DNA from: Cenarchaeum sp.
GTDB taxonomy: Archaea; Thermoproteota; Nitrososphaeria; Nitrososphaerales; Nitrosopumilaceae
Length of the DNA stretch: 64,000 nucleotides
Assembly (NCBI GenBank): GCA_963693095.2
Contig: OY843768.1
Span: 1,088,001 to 1,152,000, forward strand
Direction: 5' to 3'
The translations under genes and the position numbers were made by a program. This document shows, one piece after another, positions 49,038-57,806 of the stretch. The notes beneath the pieces are model-generated. The model had not been told where the DNA came from, searched no databases, and saw only the letters and a program-made list of their open reading frames with translations. How positions within the stretch are numbered: the first letter of the stretch is position 1; each line of letters starts with the position of its first letter.

Positions 49038-50137
49038 TTTCGCATCCTCTCCAGCGCGAGATCAAACGTGTCGGCCATCGCGCCGGCGCGCGCGTGCCAG
49101 AACAGGCCATAGTGGTCGATCGTCAGGAACAGAAACTCGAGGAACTCGACGTTAGTCGTGCCCGCCGGAAGCGACTCGAGGGCGTCTCGCGCGCGCGCCA
49201 TGTATCCCTCCTCACGCTCGCGCGTCTTGCGCAGGCCGACAGCGGCATTGCCGGCGCCGAGGGCCTCAAAGAGCGCCCACGACGGGACCTTTAGCGAGCC
49301 GCGCGAGACCGAGTCCTCTAGCTCGTTGCCGCACCCGACGCACTCAGACGCGTGGGCCATGCCGTCATAGAACGCCTGGCCAATTGCGCCGTCGCCGGCG
49401 GCCATGTTCCTGCCGGCGGTCCCCATGACGGCGCGGTACTTTTTGTACGACACCTCCATGTCTGCAGCCGTCGCGCGCAGCGGATCCGCCTGGATGCGCT
49501 CATCTACTGCCTGGCCGGCGCGCGCGTCGGCAAAGCCGGACTCGAATGACTCGAGCACCCCCTCGCCGCCGCTAGCTATCATCGAGCGCGCCGTTGCGAG
49601 TATGTGCGGGTTCATCAGGCGATAGTCATCGAGGAACTCGAGGTCCTCATCACGGTCAACTATGCGGTCCATCGGCTCGCTGAGGTCTATTGCGATAATG
49701 TGCCCCTCGACTATCTCGCGGCGCGAGCCCACCGACGCGCCGGCTGCAGAGGCCGAGTCATAGAGCGCGTTGAGGACGGGGAGTGTCATCGTCACGAACT
49801 TTGAGTCAAGGATGCGGTCTATGCGACGGCGCAGCTCGGCCGGATCAGAAAGTCGCGACTTGGCGCGCGCGATCTGCGCAGAGTCTAGCTCCATGGACGG
49901 TGAGGCGACCTCCTCGGCAAAGGTCCTCTGCGTGGCAGCCGGTGCCGAGTCCGATCGTATCCTCTTGTGAACCTCGTGCGCATAGCGCTCGGCAAGGCCC
50001 GCCGTCTGCGAGGCCGCCTCGCGCGAGTAGCGGCGGTATAGCGAATACCCGCGCCGGCGCAGCGCACCCTGCCACAGGATTCCCCGTCCCGGACCTGTCG
50101 AGAGGAGGGCGCGTGTGGCAGTGACTGCGGCGCACAT
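49034..50137 (-). CDS. Conserved-type thaumarchaeal hypothetical protein (helical)
   Basis: Long ORF whose stop overlaps the rfcL start; start chosen at 50137 from a TAAATA box about 25 nt upstream. Confidence 0.75.
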   Translation of the reverse strand: MCAAVTATRALLSTGPGRGILWQGALRRRGYSLYRRYSREAASQTAGLAERYAHEVHKRIRSDSAPAATQRTFAEEVASPSMELDSAQIARAKSRLSDPAELRRRIDRILDSKFVTMTLPVLNALYDSASAAGASVGSRREIVEGHIIAIDLSEPMDRIVDRDEDLEFLDDYRLMNPHILATARSMIASGGEGVLESFESGFADARAGQAVDERIQADPLRATAADMEVSYKKYRAVMGTAGRNMAAGDGAIGQAFYDGMAHASECVGCGNELEDSVSRGSLKVPSWALFEALGAGNAAVGLRKTREREEGYMARARDALESLPAGTTNVEFLEFLFLTIDHYGLFWHARAGAMADTFDLALERMRK

Positions 50138-50260
50138 GCGCGACGTGCGCGCGCATTTGTATTTATGCGTTAGAGGGGTCACAGGAGTTTGCCTTGTGCG
50201 AAAAGTAGTGGACATGGCAGCAATACCTGCCGGGCAAGACGTCAACAATAATATAACAAT

Positions 50261-50746
50261 GTGCGTTTTGCCGTCTTGATGAAAGGCGCGATCTATCGCA
50301 CGGTCAACGATGCCGATACGCTCATGTCACACGTGCCGCGCCCAGGTGCAAACAGGGGTGTCCTTGCGCCCATGACCGGAATGTGCCAGCCGGCCGTGCC
50401 GAATGTGCCAAAGGGGCGATTGCACAGAAAGCCGATCGCACCCTCGCCTGACCTTGTCCGGCAGGTAATGCTCTCCGTGCCGCTCCCAGGTGCAAACAGG
50501 GGAGTCCTTGCGCCCATGACCGGAATGTACCAGCCGGCCGTGCCGAGTGCGCCAAAAAGGCTGCTCCGCAAGAAACCAATAGCGGTGCTGCCCAACTTTG
50601 TAAAGCCGACCACACAACCCAATGATCCCATGTCCGCTGAAGGGTCCTATAATCGCGGTCGAGGCACATACGAGACAGCGGCCATTGGCGCCATAATCAT
50701 GCTAGCCGTTGGCGCCGCCATCATTTGGGGTCGCGCGACCAGGTGA
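50261..50746 (+). CDS. Hypothetical protein with internal duplication and C-terminal TM helix
   Basis: PGANRGVLAPMTGM occurs twice; hydrophobic C-terminus. Confidence 0.4.
   Translation: MRFAVLMKGAIYRTVNDADTLMSHVPRPGANRGVLAPMTGMCQPAVPNVPKGRLHRKPIAPSPDLVRQVMLSVPLPGANRGVLAPMTGMYQPAVPSAPKRLLRKKPIAVLPNFVKPTTQPNDPMSAEGSYNRGRGTYETAAIGAIIMLAVGAAIIWGRATR
50332..50583. repeat. Direct repeat, two copies of about 108 bp at 144-bp spacing
   Basis: CCCAGGTGCAAACAGGGG.GTCCTTGCGCCCATGACCGGAATGT.CCAGCCGGCCGTGCCGA at 50341 and 50485. Confidence 0.9.
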
Positions 50747-50812
50747 CTGAGGCGAGTGACCATGGTCACAAAAGCCGCCATGGCGTTCAAGAGATTCCAG
50801 GCGGGATAACAC

Positions 50813-51016
50813 GTGATGCATGACGTAGACATTTTCGAAATTTTGTACTGGATGGCGTGGCCGTATCATCTTCCCGTAGACTATATGTGGAGAGAGTTTG
50901 TCGCCACTGTGGTTACTTCATTTGTGTATTCGATTACAGGTGTCACAATTGGGTGGGGCACACATACGATACGGTGCGCCAGACGCAGGCGCCGCCTGTC
51001 TGGCCAAGAGCACTAG
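50813..51016 (+). CDS. Small hypothetical membrane protein
   Basis: 67 aa, one TM helix followed by a basic tail. Confidence 0.35.
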   Translation: MMHDVDIFEILYWMAWPYHLPVDYMWREFVATVVTSFVYSITGVTIGWGTHTIRCARRRRRLSGQEH

Positions 51017-51163
51017 TCTCTGGCGCACATGGACTCAGAAACGTGCAGGAGGAATTCCTCAAACAGTAATATAGCAATGCGCATCTTGCCGTTCTTGTGA
51101 GGGCGGCGGTTCGTGTTCAACTGGTCAGGCATGCCAAAGTAGACATGGTGCCCATAGCCCTGC

Positions 51164-51397
51164 ATGACGGCCAGGCAAGTTCAGTCGAGCGCAAAGGCGG
51201 TGGTGACTGTGGACATTAGCCAAGTTTTTCCCTGGTTGGTACAACTGGATCACGCATCCGTGGATCATCGATGGTCGATTCTGTTTTCGGGTATACTGTC
51301 AACGCTGACGTTTACGGTCACCTTTTCGGCGGCTGCTCTGCTAATATACAACAGGCTGTTCAGCAGGGGCACAGAGGGAACAGGCACGCCATCGTGA
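51164..51397 (+). CDS. Small hypothetical membrane protein
   Basis: 77 aa with one hydrophobic segment. Confidence 0.3.
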   Translation: MTARQVQSSAKAVVTVDISQVFPWLVQLDHASVDHRWSILFSGILSTLTFTVTFSAAALLIYNRLFSRGTEGTGTPS

Positions 51398-51530
51398 CTG
51401 TGGACTCGATGCCATCTCCCCTCCGCAATAGCTAGAGACCGCACCGTCTCTAGCTCACAGTTGCGCATGAGGGCGCCGTGCGCACATGACCCTTTTTCAC
51501 TTAAATTATGCCCATGCGCGACACGACGAC

Positions 51531-52331
51531 GTGAACGAGGTCGAGATCCTGCGCGAGGCATCCGTGCGCGCGCAGAGGGCAGTGGCAAAGATCGCCGGAA
51601 CGCCGGCCGGCGGTGGAGACTATGGCACCGGAGCCGGCGGGGACACGTCGCACGCAGTTGACATCGCCGCCGAGGAGGCCATACTCGCGTTCCTCAGGGA
51701 GAGGTCGTTTGGATGCACCGTGCTCGGCGAGGAGTGCGGGCGCGTCGAGATCCCCGGAGAGCCCGGAGGCCACGTGGTCATGGACGCAGTCGACGGCTCG
51801 GTCAATGCGCTTCGCGGGATTCCGTTCTACTGCTGCTCGCTCGCATACGCGCCGGGCGACACGCTCTCATCAGTCACAGGCGCAGTGGTGACTGATATGT
51901 CAAGCGGAGAGCAGTTTTGGGCAAAAAGGGGAGCCGGCGCGTTTGTTGGCACAAGGCCGATGCGAACCGGCTCGGCGCCGGGCTCCGAGTACCGCGTCAT
52001 AGTCGTCAACGTCTCGGGAATAGATGCGGCCACTGTGGCGCGCATACAGCCCGTCATGGCCTCAAGCCACACGCGCCACTTTGGCGCCAATGCGCTCGAG
52101 ATGGCCCACGTCGGGCGCGGCTGGCTTGATGCCCTCGTTGACCTGCGCGGGCGCATACGCGTTCAGGACATTGCGGCCGGTTGCCTCCTGGTTCGCGAGG
52201 CCGGCGGGCTAGTCGTCGGAGAGGACCTCGAGGAGCTCGACTCTGACCTTGGCTACTCGACGCGCCTCTCCTTTGTTGCGGCCTCGGGCAGGGAGATGCT
52301 CGACGGGATCGCCGCCGAGATTGGCGCCTAG
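51531..52331 (+). CDS. Inositol monophosphatase / FBPase (class IV) family
   Basis: D-x-x-AE, GEE, DAVDGS-x-N, GANALE, DIAAG-x-x-x-x-x-EAGG. Confidence 0.9.
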   Translation: MNEVEILREASVRAQRAVAKIAGTPAGGGDYGTGAGGDTSHAVDIAAEEAILAFLRERSFGCTVLGEECGRVEIPGEPGGHVVMDAVDGSVNALRGIPFYCCSLAYAPGDTLSSVTGAVVTDMSSGEQFWAKRGAGAFVGTRPMRTGSAPGSEYRVIVVNVSGIDAATVARIQPVMASSHTRHFGANALEMAHVGRGWLDALVDLRGRIRVQDIAAGCLLVREAGGLVVGEDLEELDSDLGYSTRLSFVAASGREMLDGIAAEIGA

Positions 52332-52360
52332 CGCGCAGGCACCGCTGGGCAGTCTAGTTG

Positions 52361-52438
52361 TGGCGCCCTTGGCGGGATTTGAACTCGCGTCTCAGCCGTG
52401 ACAGGGCCGAATTCTGGACCTGGCTATACTACAAGGGC
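52361..52438 (-). tRNA. tRNA-Asp(GTC)
   Basis: GCCCTTG...CGGCC-CT-GTC-AC-GGCTG...GTTCAAATC...CAAGGGC-G-CCA; TTTTAAA about 25 nt upstream. Confidence 0.93.
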
Positions 52439-52480
52439 GTTGCGCGCCCTGCCCGCGAGCCGAGTTTAAAATCTTGCGCC

Positions 52481-53347
52481 TCACGCGCGCCTGCGCACGC
52501 GTGGGGAGGCGGCCATGAGTGCCTGCGCCTGCCGATAGTGGACCTCGTCGACCATCCGGCCGTCCACGCGAAGGGCGCCCCTGCCGCGCCCACCGTGGGC
52601 CTCGTATGCGTCGATGACCCTGCGCGCCCAGGCGAGCTCGGCCCGTGTGGGCGCAAAGGCGGCGTGAACGGCCGCTATCTGGCCCGGATGTATGACGCTC
52701 TTGCCGGCATAGCCTAGTGAGCGGCCGTGCCGGCAGTCACGCCTCAGTCCGGCAGCCGAGCGGAGGTCCTGCCATATCGAGTCAATCGCCACTGCCCCGC
52801 CGGCCCGAGCGTGGAGCGGGACGAGGGCGCGCGCGGCCTCGGCACCTACGCCCACATCGCCCTCCATGCCCATGTCGTGCATTAGGTCAAATATTCCAAA
52901 GATGACGGCGCGCACGCGCGGCGAGGCCGACGCGATGGCTGCGCACGAGACGACGGCCGCAGCCGACTCTATTGAGGGGATGATCTCGATCTTGCGAACC
53001 CCGCGCGAGCGCTCGAGTGCCGCAATGCTGCGCGCTATGGCGCGAACCTGCGCTGCCGAGTCGACCTTTGGGACCACGATCCCGTCAAGGCCGGCGCGCA
53101 CGACAGCCGAGATGTCCTTTCGAATGTCCGGCGTTGACGGCGCGTTTGTGCGCACAAAGACCCTGCCGGCGTGCCCTGATGCAAGCGTTGTGCGAATCAT
53201 GCGGCGCGCAGTGGTCTTGTCATCGGGCCGCACAGAGTCCTCGAGGTCAAGGCAGACAATGTCGGCCTCCATAGTGCGCGCCTTTGCCAGAAATCGTTCA
53301 CTGTTTCCCGGAACGAATGCGAGACTGCGGTACAGCGCCGCGTCCAT
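52481..53347 (-). CDS. CitE/malyl-CoA lyase (HpcH/HpaI aldolase-citrate lyase) family CoA-ester lyase
   Basis: RSLAFVPG, DLEDSV, PKV, IES, G-x-x-GK-x-x-IHP-x-Q, DGRMVD. Confidence 0.9.
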   Translation of the reverse strand: MDAALYRSLAFVPGNSERFLAKARTMEADIVCLDLEDSVRPDDKTTARRMIRTTLASGHAGRVFVRTNAPSTPDIRKDISAVVRAGLDGIVVPKVDSAAQVRAIARSIAALERSRGVRKIEIIPSIESAAAVVSCAAIASASPRVRAVIFGIFDLMHDMGMEGDVGVGAEAARALVPLHARAGGAVAIDSIWQDLRSAAGLRRDCRHGRSLGYAGKSVIHPGQIAAVHAAFAPTRAELAWARRVIDAYEAHGGRGRGALRVDGRMVDEVHYRQAQALMAASPRVRRRA

Positions 53348-53351
53348 GACC

Positions 53352-54425
53352 TTACTCGGGCTTTAGCAGTATCTTGCCAAACATGCCCTTGCCCTTGAGC
53401 ATCTTTGTGTGCGCCTCGGCGGCGTTCTCAAATGAGTGCACCGAGTCAATCACCGACTTTATCTTTTTTTGTCCCATCCAGTAGAGGCCCTGCTCGAGCT
53501 CGGCGCGCGTTCCCTGCGTGGAGCCGAGTATGTTGGTGCCCTTGAAGAATATGTGGCGCAGGTCAGTCATCGCGTCATAGCCTGTCGTCGCGCCGCACGT
53601 GACGAGCGTAGAGCCGTACTTTAGGAGCTGTAGCTGCTTGTTCCAGTGCGTCTGGCCAATGTGGTCAAAGGAGAGGTCGATGCCCGGAGGCGTTCCCTTT
53701 TTGAGCGATATCTCTTTTGATATCTTGCGAACATCCTTGTGCCAGTCGTCCTTGCGGTGGTCGACTGCATAGTCGGCGCCCAAGTCGAGGCACTTTTGGA
53801 GCTTGTCCGGACTCGCAGTCGCAATAACGTCACAGTTGAAGAGCTTTGCTATCTGGATGCCAAAGCTGCCGACGCCAGAGCCGCCGCCCATGATGAGAAC
53901 CGTCTGGCCAGGCTTTATGCCGGCGCGCCCGACGAGCATGTGCCATGCCGTGAGTATCGTCATCGAGGCAGCAGCCGCATCATCATAGCTCACCGAGTCG
54001 GGTAGCTTTACGACGTTGACCTCGGGCAGGTGCGCTACTGAGGCAAATGCGCCCCAGAGAGGGCCGGTCTGGAAGCCCCAGATAGTCCTCTGCGTGCAGT
54101 CAAACTCGCGACCGCTCGTGCACGCCTCACAGACCCTGCATGACATGTTGGCGTGCGAGACGACCCTGTCTCCAGGCTTTATCCCGCGGACATCCTCGCC
54201 TACGGCGATAACGTCGCCGGCGGCATCCGAGCCTGATATGTGGGGAAGCGTGACTGGTATGGGGACACCCCTCATGCCCCAGATGTCGTTATAGTTGAGC
54301 GCGGCGGCCTTTACGGCAAATACGACCTCGTTGGGCTTTGGCTTTGGGTCGTCGAGATCCTGAACCTTTAGAATCTTGGAATAGTTGTCATCGGGGGCAT
54401 ACTCCTCGTATACGACTGCCTTCAC
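53352..54425 (-). CDS. Zinc-binding (MDR) alcohol dehydrogenase/quinone or enoyl-CoA reductase
   Basis: LN-x-x-D, PHI-x-GSD-x-AG, CRVCEAC...C structural Zn site, G-x-GSGVG, CGATTG. Confidence 0.9.
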   Translation of the reverse strand: MKAVVYEEYAPDDNYSKILKVQDLDDPKPKPNEVVFAVKAAALNYNDIWGMRGVPIPVTLPHISGSDAAGDVIAVGEDVRGIKPGDRVVSHANMSCRVCEACTSGREFDCTQRTIWGFQTGPLWGAFASVAHLPEVNVVKLPDSVSYDDAAAASMTILTAWHMLVGRAGIKPGQTVLIMGGGSGVGSFGIQIAKLFNCDVIATASPDKLQKCLDLGADYAVDHRKDDWHKDVRKISKEISLKKGTPPGIDLSFDHIGQTHWNKQLQLLKYGSTLVTCGATTGYDAMTDLRHIFFKGTNILGSTQGTRAELEQGLYWMGQKKIKSVIDSVHSFENAAEAHTKMLKGKGMFGKILLKPE

Positions 54426-54949
54426 GACGCACAGGCCCAAAATGACCCTAATTATATTTTGCCTGACATGCCGACGGGGCAGGCGTGCGCTGGCCGGCGT
54501 GCCCCAGAACGGCCATCAGGCGCGTGCCCCGTGGGGGCAGAGGGGGTCACCCGTGGCCGGCTAGCGCAGGCATGGCCAGTGGGGCACCCATGCCGCAGGC
54601 GCTGCCCTCCCAGTGGATGCCTAATGGTGGAGTCCCGGGTGGCCACGCCTGCCATGGGCAAGGCCGCGGCCAGGCGACGCAGGGGCAGCGCCGACCACAC
54701 GGCAGGGCCGACTGGCAGGAGCGTCCCGGCGGCGAGACGCCTGAGAGGTGTGCCCCAAGACCCGCACGGTAAGCCACCAGGGCACCGTGGCAGCATGGGC
54801 GTCATCAGGGGCCAGTCACCATTGTGGCACACCTGCCTCGAACGTGTGCCCCACGCGCACAGTTGCAGAGGTTGGCCACCAGGGCGCGCAGTGCGAAATC
54901 CCGGCACCAACGCTACTGCTAAATATAGACGCGTCGGCGCGGCTGCGCG

Positions 54950-55276
54950 TTGGCAACGGTTCCGTATGACGACTTTGCAAGGTTGGACATTCGCGTGGCA
55001 AGGGTCACGGCGGCAAGTCCCATAGAGGGCAAGACGCGCATACTGGAGGGAACGATCGACATTGGCGGCGAGGAGAGGAGCGTCATAATCGGCGGTGCCG
55101 AGCACTATGCGCCATCTGACCTAGTCGGCCGCACCGTCATAGCCATTGTAAACCTCGACCCAAAGAGGGTCGCAGGCGTAGAGTCAAACGCAATGCTCTT
55201 GGCAGCAGATGACGGCGAGAGGCCGATATGGCTCACAGTCGGCGAGGAGACGCCTCCAGGAACCAAGATAAGATAG
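54950..55276 (+). CDS. tRNA-binding OB-fold protein (CsaA/Trbp111/MetRS C-terminal-like)
   Basis: DFARLDIRV, NL-x-PKR-x-AG-x-x-S-x-x-MLLA, PG-x-KI. Confidence 0.9.
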   Translation: MATVPYDDFARLDIRVARVTAASPIEGKTRILEGTIDIGGEERSVIIGGAEHYAPSDLVGRTVIAIVNLDPKRVAGVESNAMLLAADDGERPIWLTVGEETPPGTKIR

Positions 55277-55408
55277 GGGCACACCGGCGCCACCATGTCT
55301 GCCATCTTTTCACGCATCCACGATCGCAGATGCCCTTGAATCACCAGAGTGCCACAAGTGTCACGTCAGCCGTTTTACCAAACATGCCACCGGCCAGGAC
55401 AGTCCCCC

Positions 55409-55792
55409 CTAGAGCATGACGAGCTTTACGGTGTCCATCTTTTTGTTTGTCCTAAACCCGTTTGTGACCTCGGATATGCGCGAGCCGTCACCATCTAGGA
55501 CAAAGAGCTCGACGCAGCGCTCGCCGTCGATCTTGTTGTGCAGGTGTGTCCGCACGAGATCCTCATAGTCGTGCTTTATGCCGGCGACCTGGTCGTCGTA
55601 CTCGTCGGCGTGGACGACCATGAGGATCGCGTTCTGCTTGCCTGTCGCGGCGGTTCGCTGCTTCTCCTCTTGCGCAAATGAGCGTATCCCGGCGCGTATG
55701 AGCTCCGAGCGGCCAGCAAAGCCCATCGCATCGCGCATCGCGTCTAGCTCGCGCAGTATCGAGTCGTTGAGCGAGACTGAGATTATGGCCAA
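55409..55792 (-). CDS. NikR-family ribbon-helix-helix metal-responsive regulator
   Basis: IISVSL...RSELIR RHH domain; C-terminal THLH...C-x-E metal-binding ACT-like domain. Confidence 0.9.
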   Translation of the reverse strand: MAIISVSLNDSILRELDAMRDAMGFAGRSELIRAGIRSFAQEEKQRTAATGKQNAILMVVHADEYDDQVAGIKHDYEDLVRTHLHNKIDGERCVELFVLDGDGSRISEVTNGFRTNKKMDTVKLVML

Positions 55793-55896
55793 CGGCGCGG
55801 CTCGCCCATGACCGTCAATATATCCATATCAGGCAATGTTAATAACCCATGGGTGCATTTTCATGCTGATATTATCAATAGTTGACAGATATATAG

Positions 55897-55936
55897 GTAA
55901 TATTAATAATAACAAAGTAATAGTTATTACTAACTA
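55897..55936. promoter_or_regulatory. AT-rich promoter with nested inverted repeats; candidate operator of the NikR-like protein
   Basis: AGTAATA-GT-TATTACT (55916-55931) overlaps TAGTTA-TTAC-TAACTA (55921-55936), about 20 nt upstream of the ABC operon start. Confidence 0.55.
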
Positions 55937-55953
55937 TATGACCCAATCTGCCC

Positions 55954-57018
55954 ATGCGGAGACAGTCATGGCTCATCGTGGCAGCCGTGCTAGCAGTGGG
56001 CATCGCGCTTGGCTCAGTGGCAGCACTCGGGGGGCAGGATGTGGCGGAGCCCGATGCCGGTGAGGCAGGCGGCGCCGTGATATACGCGACGTTCTATCCC
56101 TATGCAGAGCTTGCCGGCGGTGTGGCCGAGGGCATAGCCGATGTGAGGCAGTTCGGGCCGGCCGGCTCTGGCGCACATGACTGGGAGCCCGGCGCCGGTG
56201 AGATCGAGTCACTCGGCGATGCAGTCGCGCTGATCCATAGCGGTGAGGGAGTAGAGACGTACATTGGCGACCTAGAGTCCATTGACAGCCTTGGTCACAT
56301 CATGTTCATAGCGGCATCCGGAGAGCACCACGACGATGACGAGAGACATGACGATGACGAGAGACATGACGATGACGAGAGACATGACGATGACGAGAGA
56401 CATGACGATGACGAGAGACATGACGATGACGAGAGACATGACGATGACGAGAGACATGACGATGACGAGAGACATGACGATGATTCCGAACACGGGGACG
56501 AAAAGACGCACCTATGGCTCGATCCAGTGGAGGCCATTGCGCAAGTCGACCGCATACGCGACGCGCTCTCTGCAATAGATCCGGCCAATGCAGGGGCATA
56601 CGCTTCCAATGCAGACATGTACGTCGTAGGACTCGAAGGGCTCGACGCGCGGTACCGTGACGGTCTTGCAGAGTGTGACCACAGAACCATAGTGACGTTT
56701 CACAACGCATTTGACGCAATGGCCGCAAGGTACAACCTAGAGGTTCTCGGCATTGCGCACTCGCACCACGCCGAGCCGAGCGTCTCAGAGATTGCAACGC
56801 TCGTCACTTACCTGCGCGATTCTGGCGCGCGCGCCATATTTTCAGACGACCTGACTGACGGGAGGCTCGAGGCCGCCGCCGCCGAGGAGGCCAGCGTCAA
56901 CGTCATTGCGCTAAGCACACTTGAGGGACTGGCGCGCACAGATGCGGCAGGCACAACATACATTGAAAAGATGGACGCCAACCTTGATGCGCTAAGGGAA
57001 GGCCTGGCTTGCCGGTAA
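55954..57018 (+). CDS. znuA: Zn/Mn ABC transporter substrate-binding protein (ZnuA/TroA family) with His/Asp loop
   Basis: ATFYP, HDWEP, HLWLDP, H-x-AF; (HDDDER)8 insertion. Confidence 0.9.
   Translation: MRRQSWLIVAAVLAVGIALGSVAALGGQDVAEPDAGEAGGAVIYATFYPYAELAGGVAEGIADVRQFGPAGSGAHDWEPGAGEIESLGDAVALIHSGEGVETYIGDLESIDSLGHIMFIAASGEHHDDDERHDDDERHDDDERHDDDERHDDDERHDDDERHDDDERHDDDERHDDDSEHGDEKTHLWLDPVEAIAQVDRIRDALSAIDPANAGAYASNADMYVVGLEGLDARYRDGLAECDHRTIVTFHNAFDAMAARYNLEVLGIAHSHHAEPSVSEIATLVTYLRDSGARAIFSDDLTDGRLEAAAAEEASVNVIALSTLEGLARTDAAGTTYIEKMDANLDALREGLACR
56329..56484. repeat. 18-bp tandem repeat (about 8.7 copies) encoding HDDDER
   Basis: CATGACGATGACGAGAGA repeated. Confidence 0.95.
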
Positions 57019-57806
57019 ACGCGCTTGAGGTCAAGGACGTCACTGCCGGATTCGGCGCGACGAATGCCATAGAGTCCATAGCCTTTGAGCTCGCCGGCGG
57101 CGAGATACTCGGCATAGTCGGCCCCAACGGGGCAGGCAAGACGACGCTCTTTCGCGCAATGCTCGGGCTCCACGCGCACTCGGGAACAGTCTCCATATGC
57201 GGGCGCAGCGGCTCGGCGCGCCTGGCCCTCCTGCCGCTAGTCGGGTATGTCCCGCAGCGCTTTGTGCCCGATCGCGGGTTTCCGGCCACGGTTCGCGACA
57301 TCGTCTCGATGGGCGTCCTGCCGGCGCGGCGCCTCGAGGCGTGCGCACGCCTAGCCGGCGAGTCCGGATACGAGTGGCGCCGCGAGTATAGCCGCCTCGG
57401 CGGGCGCGACGAAAAGGTCGATGCGGCCATGGAGGCCGTCGGCATGGGAGAGCTTGCGGGCAGGAGGATAGGCGAGCTCTCTAGCGGCGAGACGCAGCGC
57501 GCATTCATCGCAAAGTCCCTCGTCAACGATCCGCTTCTCCTGATACTTGACGAGCCCGCATCGAGTGCGGATGCCGGCGCGCGCGAGCTGCTCCACGGGA
57601 TCATGCGCCGGCTCAACACGGAGCTCGGAGTGACCATAGTCTGGTCATCACACGACCTCGACGCACTAGAGCGAGTGGCCACGCGAGTGGCGTGCATGGA
57701 CCGTCGGCTCTTTTTTCACGGCGGCAAGGACGAGTTCTTTGCCGACGAGGAGGCTGTCCGGTCATACACCGAGTCGGCGATGCAGGCGCACATGAGGGAG
57801 CACTGA
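57009..57806 (+). CDS. znuC: Metal ABC transporter ATPase
   Basis: GPNGAGKTT, GYVPQ, LSSGETQR, LILDEP, SHD. Confidence 0.92.
   Translation: MPVNALEVKDVTAGFGATNAIESIAFELAGGEILGIVGPNGAGKTTLFRAMLGLHAHSGTVSICGRSGSARLALLPLVGYVPQRFVPDRGFPATVRDIVSMGVLPARRLEACARLAGESGYEWRREYSRLGGRDEKVDAAMEAVGMGELAGRRIGELSSGETQRAFIAKSLVNDPLLLILDEPASSADAGARELLHGIMRRLNTELGVTIVWSSHDLDALERVATRVACMDRRLFFHGGKDEFFADEEAVRSYTESAMQAHMREH

Noticed and set aside
50332-50583. DGR template/variable repeat pair
   Set aside because: Mismatches are not confined to adenines of one copy, both copies lie in one ORF, and no reverse transcriptase is present in the window
54452-55105. 217-aa and 188-aa ORFs across the GC-rich spacer
   Set aside because: Pro/Arg/Gly-rich composition, no motifs, and overlap with the tRNA-binding protein gene
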